The translations under genes and the position numbers were made by a program. Of a DNA stretch of 64,000 bases, positions 47,101 through 55,101 are shown piece by piece; the first letter of the stretch is position 1, and every line of letters begins with the position of its first letter. This DNA comes from an uncultured Bacteroidota bacterium. Its GTDB lineage: Bacteria; Bacteroidota; Bacteroidia; JABEUT01. The notes beneath the pieces are model-generated. The model was given only the letters and a program-made list of their open reading frames with translations. It was not told where the DNA came from and did no database searches. The DNA lies in contig CAIUPO010000107.1 of assembly GCA_903901055.1 (NCBI GenBank), positions 12,707 to 76,706 on the forward strand. Reading direction: 5' to 3'.

Positions 47101-47430
47101 GTGGGTGATAAAGTGAAAGTGCGGATAGAATTGCGTGTTGACCGCGACATGGATTATGTGCAGATGAAAGACATGCGGGGCTCGTGCATGGAGCCAATTG
47201 ATGTAATCTCCGATTACAGATACCAGGATGGATTAGGCTATTACCAAAGCACCCGCGATGCCGCGACTAACTTCTTCTTCGACCATGTACATAAAGGCAC
47301 TTATGTTTTTGAATATGCTATGTTTGTTACCAATAAAGGCAATTTCTCCAACGGAATTACAACCATACAATGTATGTATGCACCGGAATACAATAGCCAT
47401 TCGGAGGGAGTGAGGGTTAAAGTCGAGTAA
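41158..47430 (+). CDS. alpha-2-macroglobulin family protein (bacterial A2M-like, large)
   Basis: 2090 aa with a signal peptide and a long array of beta-sandwich-like segments. EYPYECAEQTFDRF resembles the thioester motif C-x-E-Q followed by the A2M receptor-binding-type C-terminus. Confidence 0.7.
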   Translation: MKKLFLLIAFLLSIFNFQFSTSLSAQDDPFYKEDWKKVEAYTKKNLMRSAIAKTDSIYRKARKANNTAEVVKSIIFRMNYEYGVDDSATEKWIYKLKGDIKAAHCPEKQLLSSLLAEMYWSYYEKNRYRFYYRTETINFKDDDISTWDITKIVKEALACYKASLENSDSLKMIDIDKFDVILNKGNATELRPKLYDFLAHRALTFYESSEPEISRPAVQFSLNDAIYLTDYTKLTKLTITTDDSLSLKFYALQTLQQLLAFHSTNNAKDIAPLIDVDLERLHFVLQQAANMENKDSSFVSALRNLRDRFKSDPASTEVDYQLAMFYYSNATYKPATPDNTRWFRKKALIICEASVKRFPESYGAEMCKDLEVSIKQKSTSFSLPQVNIPGKPFPLVLQFQNMDKAYIRIIKVSPEKYEEEYGYEYYNKLPKEWSTIVPVKEWTVDLPKETDYQTHSTEVEMPALAPGFYMVLVSPNNKFTCNKNLVAYKGCWSSNLSYVVRTQNDGTKEFTVLDRTTGVSLKGVHAQVLYNSEYDYSTRHYKSTKGPLLITDADGHCILHPRKDHYDNMKLDVTNGKDRFLDFESTYMYDYSYNAKKEWRPVSCFFTDRAIYRPGQTVYFKGILLKTDGDKSYLDSNTATEVVLYDVNYQKVTSLNLVSDAYGSVSGTFVLPMGLLNGTMRIYDGRGTKYIQVEDYKRPKFYVSLDTVKGNFRLGETVNITGTAKGYNGASIDGATVKYRVERRENIPWWYSFYWGRYNSSGSTPTEITNGTITSNDTGGIAFNFKALPDINESKIYNPSFVFTIYVDVTDANGETHSTQTDVQVGYTAISLDVQLPQRLDKTGTDTFKIETTNMQGSKVFASGNIVIYRLQEPKTIYRSRLWSMPDTFIYNKQQWDTAFPGDAYRNEDEVINYPKGEKVLEQSFNTGDKRMFIIPSVSGWQQGTYVMEAHTKDAYGQDVRDLKYFTVYSPVDKNIPTNTPDDFSVIKNYCEPGEKAKFLIGSAYDNVTVMYEIEKKNKIVHHEWLTLNHEQRMIEIPVEDSDRGGFGVHFVFVKNNRVYTHDGNVNVSWANKNLTLKFESFRNKLLPGQKEEWKIKVKDYKGQKANAQMMATLYDASLDEFATNGWSLDIYPYYGASLYWSDPRIFGSFDAWACADDWYSYSKRTFYRSYDQLISAGYYYTAYTNAYTWSWDYGGSAGYRERMVTRGGSYKSLELQDEVVNAKMDNKIAAGNITTIATGSTTAAATPAAQSQPDEARYLIVKGEKKSGGKHEDFRGGDGEDDKDVEGGKEGKDLSNVAARANFNETAFFYPTLNTDDSGNVVIQFTVPEATTKWKMMGMAHSKDLKIGYIQNQLITQKDLMVTPNAPRFLRESDTINFTSKITDLADKDLTGAVQLYLYDALDMSQMDPSGKDITTQFLSKQTQQTFSVKKGQSTVVTWQLIIPKGVDAVTYKVVAQAGNYSDGEQNTLPILTNSMLVTESIPLSVRGKQKRTFTFNKLLNQNNHSTTLRNQKVTLEFTANPAWYAIQALPYIMEYPYECAEQTFDRFYANSIASNIANSSPKIKAVFESWKNRSPDAFLSNLEKNQELKSLMLEETPWVLEAKDESERKKRVGLLFDLNKMSNELAAALNKLEKKQLYNGGWSWFPGMPADRYMTQYTITGFGHLDHLGIKNVRGDNRVWNMVYKGVQFMDERIKDDYNWILKYDPKNVDKNHLDYEAIQYLYTRSYFKDIPVSSSNQAAFDYYKGQAQKYWAKENSNYMEGMIALALCRYGDKKTASDIMASLKENATNREEMGMYWAGDEEGYNWYNSNIEEHALMIEAFDEVSNDQKSVEALKVWLLRSKQTQDWGTTKATAEACYSLLLKGSDILAREPRIDINVGDKKIKLAPSGDSVEHGEAGTGYFKTSWTGSDIKPEMGNITVSKSDSGLSYGAVYWQYFEQLDKITPHKTPLSIDKKLFVERVTPSGLVMEPITSSTHLKVGDKVKVRIELRVDRDMDYVQMKDMRGSCMEPIDVISDYRYQDGLGYYQSTRDAATNFFFDHVHKGTYVFEYAMFVTNKGNFSNGITTIQCMYAPEYNSHSEGVRVKVE

Positions 47431-47481
47431 CGATGGAACGCAGATGACGCGGATTGCTTATGATTAATTAAGATAAAATAA

Positions 47482-48003
47482 ATGAAAAAGTTTTTAAAAA
47501 TAATAGCGGCTGTTATTTTTATTGGTTCGGTAACCGCATTTGTAAGAATTGGAGGAAAAGAAAAATCTGTTTTGGATGTTAAGGCGGAACTAGAATGGAT
47601 ACAAACTAAAGACAGTGTTTATTATTTATCTGCGAAAGTATCTCTGATAAATAATTCACCCGACACAATTTATTATGAAAGTATGAGCTGTTCCTGGCGG
47701 GATAGATATACAATTAATACAGACACAATGAGCATATTTGGAAGTTTCTGCAAAAAAAATGGGCCGCGTAATGTTGCAATTCTCCCATATGGTACTGATG
47801 CCAGAGGTATTACTTTAGATAATGCCAAACGCAATTTTGTCGGCCTAAAATTTAAGATGGGGTTTCATTTTATCAGGCTAAAGGATGAAAAGGGGAATCC
47901 ATACGGTAGTTTATACAAGGATACCTTGATTTGGAGCAATGAAGTTGAAATAACCAAGGATATCCCAGTAAAGTATGATGCTAAATTTAATCCTTGGTGG
48001 TAA
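47482..48003 (+). CDS. hypothetical secreted protein, tandem paralog A
   Basis: 173 aa. Signal peptide KIIAAVIFIGSVTAFVRIGG. Motifs SLINNSPDTIYY, FVGLKFKMGFHFIRL, DTLIWSNEVEITKDIPV. Confidence 0.45.
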   Translation: MKKFLKIIAAVIFIGSVTAFVRIGGKEKSVLDVKAELEWIQTKDSVYYLSAKVSLINNSPDTIYYESMSCSWRDRYTINTDTMSIFGSFCKKNGPRNVAILPYGTDARGITLDNAKRNFVGLKFKMGFHFIRLKDEKGNPYGSLYKDTLIWSNEVEITKDIPVKYDAKFNPWW

Positions 48004-48008
48004 ATAAA

Positions 48009-48578
48009 ATGAAAACGGTTTTAAAAATAATAGCGGCTGTTATTTTTATTGGTTCGGTAACCGCATTTGTAAGAATTGGAGGAAATGAAAAGCCTGTGCC
48101 GACAGTTAAAGCGGAACTTATAGGATGGGTAAAAATTAATAATTCATATCATTTAAAAACTAAAATAAGTCTTATCAATAATTCCCCGGATACAATTTAT
48201 TGCGGCTTCTTTCTTCATTCGGGTGAATACAAAACAAATACTGTTAAACTATATTTACCTGATATGGGAGGAGATACTGATGGGTTTTATATTAAAACTA
48301 TTCCTCCGATGAATAGGATAGTAGATTCAATTAATCTTTGGGCATCTATAGTTTCAGATAACCCTGAAGCAAGTAAAATTGAAAAAGAAAAATTCATTGG
48401 ATTGAAATTTAGGGTTGGACTTGTTTTTATTAGAGCTAGTCGAATTTTGCCATTCAATCCTGCTTATCATCCAATAGATAATCCTACGTATTATCCGGTA
48501 AATTATAGAAAAGATACCATACTTTGGAGCAATGAACTTGAGATAGCAAAAGACCTGCCTATCACTTTAGCCAAATAA
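48009..48578 (+). CDS. hypothetical secreted protein, tandem paralog B
   Basis: Same motif set (SLINNSPDTIYC, FIGLKFRVGLVFIRA, DTILWSNELEIAKDLPI). The first ~75 nt of coding sequence are nearly identical to paralog A. Start taken at MKTVLK. Confidence 0.45.
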   Translation: MKTVLKIIAAVIFIGSVTAFVRIGGNEKPVPTVKAELIGWVKINNSYHLKTKISLINNSPDTIYCGFFLHSGEYKTNTVKLYLPDMGGDTDGFYIKTIPPMNRIVDSINLWASIVSDNPEASKIEKEKFIGLKFRVGLVFIRASRILPFNPAYHPIDNPTYYPVNYRKDTILWSNELEIAKDLPITLAK

Positions 48579-48591
48579 ATAAGGACTAATT

Positions 48592-49029
48592 ATGAATTTT
48601 CTTTTCCGTACACTTTTCAGAATTATTCCCAGTGATTACTTCGCTAAGAAATATCCTGTTTCGGTTAAAGGGATTATTTATATCAACGATAAAATTCTGC
48701 TCCTGAAAAATGAGCGAAATGAGTGGGAACTTCCTGGCGGGAAATTGGAAGCCAATGAATCACCAGAGCAATGCGTGGTGCGGGAAATAAAAGAAGAACT
48801 TAATGTAGATAGTGAAATTATTTCACTGGTAGATTCATGGATATACAAAGTAGGAGGCAAAGTGAATGTGCTTATTCTTACCTATTCATGCAAACTTTTA
48901 CCCGAGCAGGAAAGCAAGTTGAAACTGAATTTCGAGCACGAAGAATATGGGTTGTTCATACCTGATGAGGTGCAGGCATTAAATATGCCCCAGGGGTATA
49001 AGAATTCTATACGAAAATCAATTTGCTAG
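48592..49029 (+). CDS. NUDIX hydrolase
   Basis: Nudix box GGKLEANESPEQCVVREIKEELNV. Confidence 0.75.
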   Translation: MNFLFRTLFRIIPSDYFAKKYPVSVKGIIYINDKILLLKNERNEWELPGGKLEANESPEQCVVREIKEELNVDSEIISLVDSWIYKVGGKVNVLILTYSCKLLPEQESKLKLNFEHEEYGLFIPDEVQALNMPQGYKNSIRKSIC

Positions 49030-49031
49030 TT

Positions 49032-49086
49032 GTTTCAGCATCCCAAACAATAAGTTGTTCTTACCGAATTATTGGGATGCTGAAAC
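49032..49086. terminator. perfect 15-bp inverted repeat (GTTTCAGCATCCCAA / TTGGGATGCTGAAAC) with 25-nt loop between convergent NUDIX and hpf genes
   Basis: The loop itself contains AACAA-taag-TTGTT. Likely a bidirectional terminator or RNA structure. Confidence 0.4.
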
Positions 49087-49120
49087 AAGTTCAGCATGAC
49101 CATGAGTTACTAATAATTGC

Positions 49121-49146
49121 CAGTCGGGCTCCGACCGACTAGTTCC
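49121..49146. repeat. GC-rich palindromic element, family AACTAGTCGG...GCCCGACTGG, copy C (reverse orientation), overlapping hpf stop codon
   Basis: The reverse complement reads GGAACTAGTCGGTCGGAGCCCGACTGG. The TAG within it is the hpf stop (..RGN*). Confidence 0.5.
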
Positions 49147-49438
49147 CTCTTACTTTTTCTTTGTGTTTTTTAACCTGCATCGAAAGTGCTAAGGCGCTTT
49201 CGCTAACAGCTTCTTCAAATGTTTTGCATTGGCGTTTGGCGAATAATTCCCCGGTACGGGTTTGAAGTTTTATTTCGGCTATTTTATTTTGAGTGTCGTG
49301 TGCTTTTTCAAGGCGGAGAAACACTTCACCTCCCATGATACCATCATAAAATTGTCCCAGTTTATCTATTTTCTTTTGAATAAATTCGAGCAGGTTTTTG
49401 TCTGCGTCGAAATGAATGGACTGAATTTTGATTTGCAT
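49139..49438 (-). CDS. hpf: ribosome hibernation promoting factor / RaiA family
   Basis: 99 aa. MQIKIQSIHFDADKNLLEFIQKKIDKLGQFYDGIMGGEVFLRLEK is typical HPF. Confidence 0.8.
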   Translation of the reverse strand: MQIKIQSIHFDADKNLLEFIQKKIDKLGQFYDGIMGGEVFLRLEKAHDTQNKIAEIKLQTRTGELFAKRQCKTFEEAVSESALALSMQVKKHKEKVRGN

Positions 49439-49474
49439 ATATTCTGGTTTAAATTAGTATTAGTTTCTGATTTT

Positions 49475-50350
49475 TTATCCTCTTGGATGCGCCTGCTTGT
49501 AAACGTTCTTTAATTTTTCCAACGAGTTGTGCGTGTACACCTGAGTTGCTGAAAGATTTGCATGGCCAAGAAGTTCTTTTACTGAATTAATGTCGGCACC
49601 GTTATCAAGAAGATGAGTGGCAAATGTGTGCCGGAGTACATGGGGACTTTTTTTATGGACCGTTGTTACCATCCCTAAATAGTTATGTACTATCAAATAT
49701 ACCTTTTTTTCATATAACTCACCACCTTTTTCATCTACAAAAAAATATTCTCCTTTCAATCCCAGGGAGTCCCTTTCATTACGGTAAAGGGTAATATATT
49801 CCTTAATAATACCGGGAATAGGGATAATCCGTTCCTTTGCTCTTTTGCCAAATACCTTGATTGTGAGGTTAAAAATGTTCACATTGGCATCTTTCATGGT
49901 TATCAGTTCAGATAGACGAATGCCGGTAGCATAAAACATTTCCATAATTAGTCGGTCACGAATGCCGACAAAAGTTTTTGGAAACTCTATCTCTCTGAAT
50001 AACACACCAATATCACCTTGGGTAACAAAAACGGGTAGCCTTGACGGCATCTTAGGCGCTGATATTTTAACCATTGGATCCAACGTGATAACTCCCACTT
50101 TTAAAAGGAAATGATAAAAGGTTCTTAAGGCTGATGCCTTGCGAATTACACTACGTGCCGATATTTTCTCCTGCATCATTTCCGCCATCCAGGAACGTAT
50201 CATGGATGTGGTTGCTTCTTCCTGTTTTTCAATCTCGTAGGTCCTTTTCAGGAAGGCCGTAAACTGCTCCAAATCATTTCTATATGATATAATGGTGTGT
50301 TTTGAAAAATTTCTTTCAAAACGTAGATAATCAAGAAATTTTTCCAGCAT
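49475..50350 (-). CDS. tyrosine site-specific recombinase (XerC/XerD-like)
   Basis: 291 aa. C-terminal [38 protein letters not shown] (R-H-R-Y catalytic signature). Confidence 0.75.
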   Translation of the reverse strand: MLEKFLDYLRFERNFSKHTIISYRNDLEQFTAFLKRTYEIEKQEEATTSMIRSWMAEMMQEKISARSVIRKASALRTFYHFLLKVGVITLDPMVKISAPKMPSRLPVFVTQGDIGVLFREIEFPKTFVGIRDRLIMEMFYATGIRLSELITMKDANVNIFNLTIKVFGKRAKERIIPIPGIIKEYITLYRNERDSLGLKGEYFFVDEKGGELYEKKVYLIVHNYLGMVTTVHKKSPHVLRHTFATHLLDNGADINSVKELLGHANLSATQVYTHNSLEKLKNVYKQAHPRG

Positions 50351-50653
50351 AATCTTCCTTACTTATATATTCTAACGGAAACCAAACCAAAAGGTTTTAT
50401 TAGAATCAGCAGAAATAAAAAGTTATCATGCAAGTACAGAATAATTTTATCGGTCCGGTTGGATGTATAAAAAATATTTTTAAGTTTGTAAAGGGAGCAC
50501 ATAAGCGGGAGGAGGCAATTCCGTGCTATAGGTTGGTGATTTTGGTTTAATGTATCAGAGGTAATATATTTATAGCAGCATTGAATTAATTAGCTGAATG
50601 TATTCTTAAATAAAAGTATAGATAGATAACAGGAAAATAAAGACTACACGGAT

Positions 50654-51472
50654 ATGGAAACAAAAACATCAAGAGTTAGGATAGTACCAATGTTCAAGCC
50701 CGATGAAGAACTTGTACAGTCCGATATAGAAAAAGCCGCTGAAAACCCTGATATATATTCGGGCTCATCACATGCCCCGCCAAAGAACGCGCACCTAATT
50801 TACGGAGGCGGACCATTAATTGAGAATGTAGAAGTGTATGCAGTTTTCTGGGGTGAAAACTGGACTGAGATGACGGAAATGAAAACGTTATTGAGTGAAA
50901 TAACTAAATTTTTTAAAGACATTTTAGTAAGCCCTTTAATGGATCAGTTGGGTGAATATAGTGTGCCCGGAAAATATACAATAGGCCGTGGAGAATTCAC
51001 CGGACATAAAGTTATAACTGCTTCAGCCCCGATAACAGGCAGTGCAATAGATGATGCTGTAATCCGAACTAATCTGTTGGAATGGATTAAAGCAGGTAAA
51101 GTTCCGGCCAGGAACCCGAATATCTTGTACTTTATTTACCTCGATAAAGGCGTAGTTGTTACTGCCGAAGGCGATAGCTCCTGTGCTAAATTCTGCGGAT
51201 ATCACGATGCTATAGACAAATCAATTTTTTATGCGGTAATGCCTTATCCTAATTGTTACGGGTGTTTGGGTGGCAGAACAGTTAAAGATGCTGTAACCGC
51301 CACAAGTTCGCACGAACTATGTGAAGCAATTACTGACCCTGTTTCTCCTAGCGGCTGGTATGATACGCCAAACGATATGGAGATAGGAGATTTATGTGCG
51401 TGGCATTTTAAAAAAGTGAATGTATACAATGTTCAGGTGGAATGGAGTAATGAAAAAAATAAATGTGTTTAG
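50654..51472 (+). CDS. hypothetical protein (Cys-rich, possible secreted/enzymatic, no match recognised)
   Basis: 272 aa. CAKFCGYHD and NCYGCLGG...SSHELCEAITDP motifs. It is preceded by a 300-bp non-coding region. Confidence 0.3.
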   Translation: METKTSRVRIVPMFKPDEELVQSDIEKAAENPDIYSGSSHAPPKNAHLIYGGGPLIENVEVYAVFWGENWTEMTEMKTLLSEITKFFKDILVSPLMDQLGEYSVPGKYTIGRGEFTGHKVITASAPITGSAIDDAVIRTNLLEWIKAGKVPARNPNILYFIYLDKGVVVTAEGDSSCAKFCGYHDAIDKSIFYAVMPYPNCYGCLGGRTVKDAVTATSSHELCEAITDPVSPSGWYDTPNDMEIGDLCAWHFKKVNVYNVQVEWSNEKNKCV

Positions 51473-51565
51473 TTGAAAAGGGAAGCCGAAAACCAATAAA
51501 GTAATAAGAATTCAAGGTTATAGTTGAGTCCCCTTCACCCGCTCTTCATCTAAATAATCTTATTT

Positions 51566-51597
51566 AACCCTCTTCAATTTTTGGAGAGGGTTTTTTA
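51566..51597 (+). terminator. rho-independent terminator
   Basis: AACCCTCT-tcaatttttgg-AGAGGGTT followed by TTTTTT. Confidence 0.55.
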
Positions 51598-51625
51598 ATT
51601 TAGCAATGCTAAGGGCTTTTGTTAT

Positions 51626-52174
51626 ATGGCGGATGAGATAAGTGATAGTGATTTATTGGAAATGTTCCGGATTGAATCCTCACGGAACCATGCCTTTCAT
51701 ATCCTTGTTACCAAGTATCAAAAACGGGTTTACTGGCAGGTGCGCCGTATAATAATCGACCATGATGATGCTAATGACGTGGTTCAGAATGTATTTATAA
51801 AGGTCTGGAAAAACCTTGGCACTTTCAAGGAAGCCTCCAGCCTGTATACATGGATGTACCGCATTGCAACTAACGAGTCCCTTACTTTCCTTAAGCAAAA
51901 GAGGGCAAATATGTATGTGCCTTTCGATAGTGTTTCCAGGTCCCTTTCTCACAAATTGGACGACAACTACTTCAGTGGAGATGCTATACAGAAGAAACTG
52001 CAAATGGCTATCCTAACATTACCCGATAAACAACGTATAGTGTTCAATATGAAGTATTATGATAATATTAAATATGAACAGATGTCGGAGATGCTGGATA
52101 CCTCGGTGGGGGCGTTGAAAGCGTCTTATCACCATGCAGTAAAGAAAATAGAAGCATTTTTGAAGAATAATTAA
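51626..52174 (+). CDS. ECF sigma factor
   Basis: 182 aa. r2 (ANDVVQNVFIKVWK) and r4 (YDNIKYEQMSEMLDTSVGALKASYHHAVKKI). Confidence 0.8.
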   Translation: MADEISDSDLLEMFRIESSRNHAFHILVTKYQKRVYWQVRRIIIDHDDANDVVQNVFIKVWKNLGTFKEASSLYTWMYRIATNESLTFLKQKRANMYVPFDSVSRSLSHKLDDNYFSGDAIQKKLQMAILTLPDKQRIVFNMKYYDNIKYEQMSEMLDTSVGALKASYHHAVKKIEAFLKNN

Positions 52175-52207
52175 ACTTACCTACTTTAGAGGCGTCAAAA
52201 GACCGAT

Positions 52208-52726
52208 ATGAGCAACAAAACAGACATATTTGATGAAGAAGAATCCTTAAAAAGGGATTTTCCATTGTTGCATTCCATTCCGAAGGATAATCCATTTTCT
52301 GTGCCCGAAAGTTATTTTGACAGTCTTCCTTCTGAAATAATGGAAAAATGCAGGACTGAAAACAAATCTACAAAATGGGGAGAGGAAGTATTGCTCACTT
52401 TATTCGCCTATAAATGGCGAATTTTATCCATCACGGGTTGCCTTATCATAATTTGTTTTTTTGCACTTAGGATAAATAATCGCCCTGTTTCTTATGAAGC
52501 TATGGCTAAAACTATTCCCGATAGTTTAATAGTTGCACACCTTGATAAAAATATCTATTCCATTAGTGAATCGAGCTTAGAGGAACTAACCGAGGGACTT
52601 CCTTTGGACCAGGAAAATGGTTCGCCATCGGTTAAAATGAAGTCCGATTCCGCTAATGCTGACCAGGAAATTATCACCTATTTAGTAGATAACAACGTTA
52701 GTATTTCAGATATTGAAAATGAATAA
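52208..52726 (+). CDS. putative anti-sigma factor (single TM)
   Basis: 172 aa with one TM helix (ILSITGCLIIICFFAL). It follows the sigma gene. Confidence 0.4.
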   Translation: MSNKTDIFDEEESLKRDFPLLHSIPKDNPFSVPESYFDSLPSEIMEKCRTENKSTKWGEEVLLTLFAYKWRILSITGCLIIICFFALRINNRPVSYEAMAKTIPDSLIVAHLDKNIYSISESSLEELTEGLPLDQENGSPSVKMKSDSANADQEIITYLVDNNVSISDIENE

Positions 52727-53255
52727 TATAACCATGTTTCAAAAGAATGCCTTCGGAAAATCAAAGAGTTTATTCCGGTTTTTAATGCCATGTCTTTTAA
52801 TGTTTCCAGTTGCTTTGTTTGCGCAGGATAAACAACAGGATAAAAAAGACAAAGTTGAAACAATGCATATTGCCTATATCTCACAGAAGCTGGATTTAAC
52901 CACAGACGAAGCCGAAAAATTCTGGCCCGTTTATAATCAGTATAAAGCAGACATAGATGTGCTAAGGAAACAGCGTATGGACAATGTTGAAACAGTTAAA
53001 AAGGCCGGTGGAATTGATAATATGAGTGAAGCGGATGTTCAAAAACTGATTATAGCTGAAACCGATATTGAAAGCCGCCAGTTGGAGTTGCGTAAGCAGT
53101 ATGTGACAAAATTTCAGGCGGTAATCCCAATCCGTAAGGTGGCAAAATTCTTTGTGGCCGAAGACGGATTCAAGCGCTACCTTCTCAACCAGCTAAGCAA
53201 ACGCAGGGAGCGTGGCGGAAGAGAACGGGATGATGACGGACCCGGTCCGCAATAA
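52713..53255 (+). CDS. periplasmic Spy/CpxP-like helical protein
   Basis: Signal peptide. LTTDEAEKFWPVYNQY ... helical repeats, Arg/Glu-rich C-terminus. Analogous to 15632..16153. Confidence 0.4.
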   Translation: MKMNNITMFQKNAFGKSKSLFRFLMPCLLMFPVALFAQDKQQDKKDKVETMHIAYISQKLDLTTDEAEKFWPVYNQYKADIDVLRKQRMDNVETVKKAGGIDNMSEADVQKLIIAETDIESRQLELRKQYVTKFQAVIPIRKVAKFFVAEDGFKRYLLNQLSKRRERGGRERDDDGPGPQ

Positions 53256-53280
53256 TTGCAGTGTCTAAAAGACATTATAT

Positions 53281-54558
53281 TTGCAGGGAACAAATCGCTG
53301 CATAATGCCCGGGCTATTTAGAGTTAGTATTGGAATTGCACTTTCCTCCATCAGGGGGCAGTTGCTTCGTACTATCCTTACCATTATGATTATTGCCATC
53401 GGCATTACAGCATTAGTTGGTATCCTTACACTTATTGATGCTATGAAGTCGGCTATTAACAGCAACTTTACCCAAATGGGTGCTAACACGTTTGCCATAC
53501 GCAATCAGGATGCGAACATACGCATAGGAAGAAAAGGCAAAAAACCTAAGATTTATAGAAATATAACCTTCGATGAAGCTGAGGCATTTGCCCAGCAATA
53601 TACTTTCCCGGCTGAAGTTTCTGTAACCAATGATGCTTCGGACATTGCCACCGTGAAATTTGAAAAGGAAAAAACCGACCCGAATGTTGAAGTAGATGGA
53701 ACGGACCAGAATTTTATCGTCACTTCAGGATATACATTAAGTCAGGGTAGAAATTTTTCTCCGGAAGAAATTAAAGACGGCCGGCGCGTAATCATCATCG
53801 GGCAGGATATTGCCAAAAGCCTTTTTAAAAAGCACGAAGACCCTATTAATAAAGTGGTAAGTATTGGAGTAGGGGGCGAGTATAAAATAATTGGCGTTCT
53901 CAAATCGAAAGGTAACAGTTTTGGTTTTGGAGGTGATCGTATTGCTTTACTGCCAATTCCTGTGGTCCGTTCATTCTCGCATTTAATGGATGTCGGCGAC
54001 CTGACCTTCACCATAAGCGTGTTGGTGCATAACCCTGCCCTTATGGATGCAGCTATCAGCGAGGCGAAAGGCACCTTTCGAACCATACGGCGAGATAAGA
54101 TTGGTGAAGAAGAAGATTTCGGAATTATTAAAAGTGATGACCTTTCGAATGTATTGATTAGCCAACTATCAAAAATGTCGATAGGTGCTATTGTTATTGG
54201 CATCATTACGCTCTTTGGCGCGGCTATCGGGTTAATGAACATTATGCTGGTTTCGGTTACCGAACGCACTACGGAAATAGGCATTCGCAAATCACTTGGC
54301 GCCACCCGCCGGATTATACGAAACCAGTTTTTAATAGAAGCAATTGTCATTTCTCAATTGGGTGGTTTGCTTGGAATAATTCTGGGATTAATAGCCGGCG
54401 TATTAATTTCTTTCCTGTTCATGATTGATTTTGTTGTCCCCTGGACATGGATTGGCCTGGCAATAACTATATGCTTTATTGTAGGTGTAATTTCGGGCAT
54501 ATATCCTGCCATAAAAGCCGCCAAGCTTGACCCAATTGAGGCGTTGCGATACGAATAA
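53281..54558 (+). CDS. ABC-transporter permease, FtsX/MacB-like, with periplasmic MacB_PCD-like domain
   Basis: 425 aa with 4 TM helices and a large loop between TM1 and TM2. Conserved C-terminal GIRKSLGATRR..I..QFLIEA motif. Confidence 0.7.
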   Translation: MQGTNRCIMPGLFRVSIGIALSSIRGQLLRTILTIMIIAIGITALVGILTLIDAMKSAINSNFTQMGANTFAIRNQDANIRIGRKGKKPKIYRNITFDEAEAFAQQYTFPAEVSVTNDASDIATVKFEKEKTDPNVEVDGTDQNFIVTSGYTLSQGRNFSPEEIKDGRRVIIIGQDIAKSLFKKHEDPINKVVSIGVGGEYKIIGVLKSKGNSFGFGGDRIALLPIPVVRSFSHLMDVGDLTFTISVLVHNPALMDAAISEAKGTFRTIRRDKIGEEEDFGIIKSDDLSNVLISQLSKMSIGAIVIGIITLFGAAIGLMNIMLVSVTERTTEIGIRKSLGATRRIIRNQFLIEAIVISQLGGLLGIILGLIAGVLISFLFMIDFVVPWTWIGLAITICFIVGVISGIYPAIKAAKLDPIEALRYE

Positions 54559-54638
54559 TAATAGTTCGTTATTGCCGGCTGACTGAAATATTTTAAAGCG
54601 AAACATTTTATTTTCGTTATAGAATGAAATTTACAATT

Positions 54639-54773
54639 AACAGGGATGTAACAGGAAGGGGAACAGAAAACATCTGGAAAAATAACAGGAGTTAAACTGA
54701 GAAAGGGAAAACTTAATTCATTGAAAATCATGTTTGTGATTTTTCGTTTTCCTGTTATTAACAGGCCGGAACA
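54639..54773. promoter_or_regulatory. A/TAACAGG repeat array plus palindrome CCTGTTATTAACAGG plus conserved core TTATTAACAGGCCGGAACAG (copy B)
   Basis: AACAGG at 54639 and 54650, AACAGA at 54662, AACAGG at 54684. The palindrome is at 54751..54765. Homologous to 19121..19260. Confidence 0.45.
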
Positions 54774-54974
54774 GAAAATTATTTTATATATAAGAACGCA
54801 CATTATAATATTCGATATAAGTATTATTGGGCATTTTTGTGATATGTGGTTCATCATTTCCATTTATCTTGAAGGGTACTTGTTCTCCTTAAAAACAAAT
54901 ATACTGCATGGAAAAGTGTTTTTTGAAAAAGTCATTGACTTTTGAAAAGTAAAACATTTTACCGCTAAATTTAC

Positions 54975-55057
54975 CACTAAGTTCACAAAGAAAAGGCACA
55001 CTAAGTTTCACTAAGTTTTCTGAGTGAGGCTTAGTGAAATCTTAGTGCACTTAGTGG
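54975..55057. repeat. CACTAAG xN / CTTAGTG xN palindromic block, copy B
   Basis: CCACTAAGTTCAC...CACACTAAGTTTCACTAAGTTTTCTGAGTGAGGCTTAGTGAAATCTTAGTGCACTTAGTGG. Shares the centre CACTAAGTTTTCTGAGTG with copy A. TTTTGAAAAAGTCATTGAC is at 54925..54943. Confidence 0.5.
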
Positions 55058-55101
55058 TAAAAAAATCAAATTAACAGGGATAAGAGTGAACAAAAGACAC
55101 T

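Noticed and set aside
53742-54350. 202-aa minus-strand ORF
   Set aside because: It is antisense inside the FtsX-like permease gene, which has conserved motifs.
54354-54945. 169-aa minus-strand ORF overlapping the ftsX-like gene end, and 74-aa plus-strand ORF in the intergenic repeat region
   Set aside because: The first overlaps a well-supported permease gene on the opposite strand. The second lies in the conserved regulatory repeat region. Both are likely spurious.
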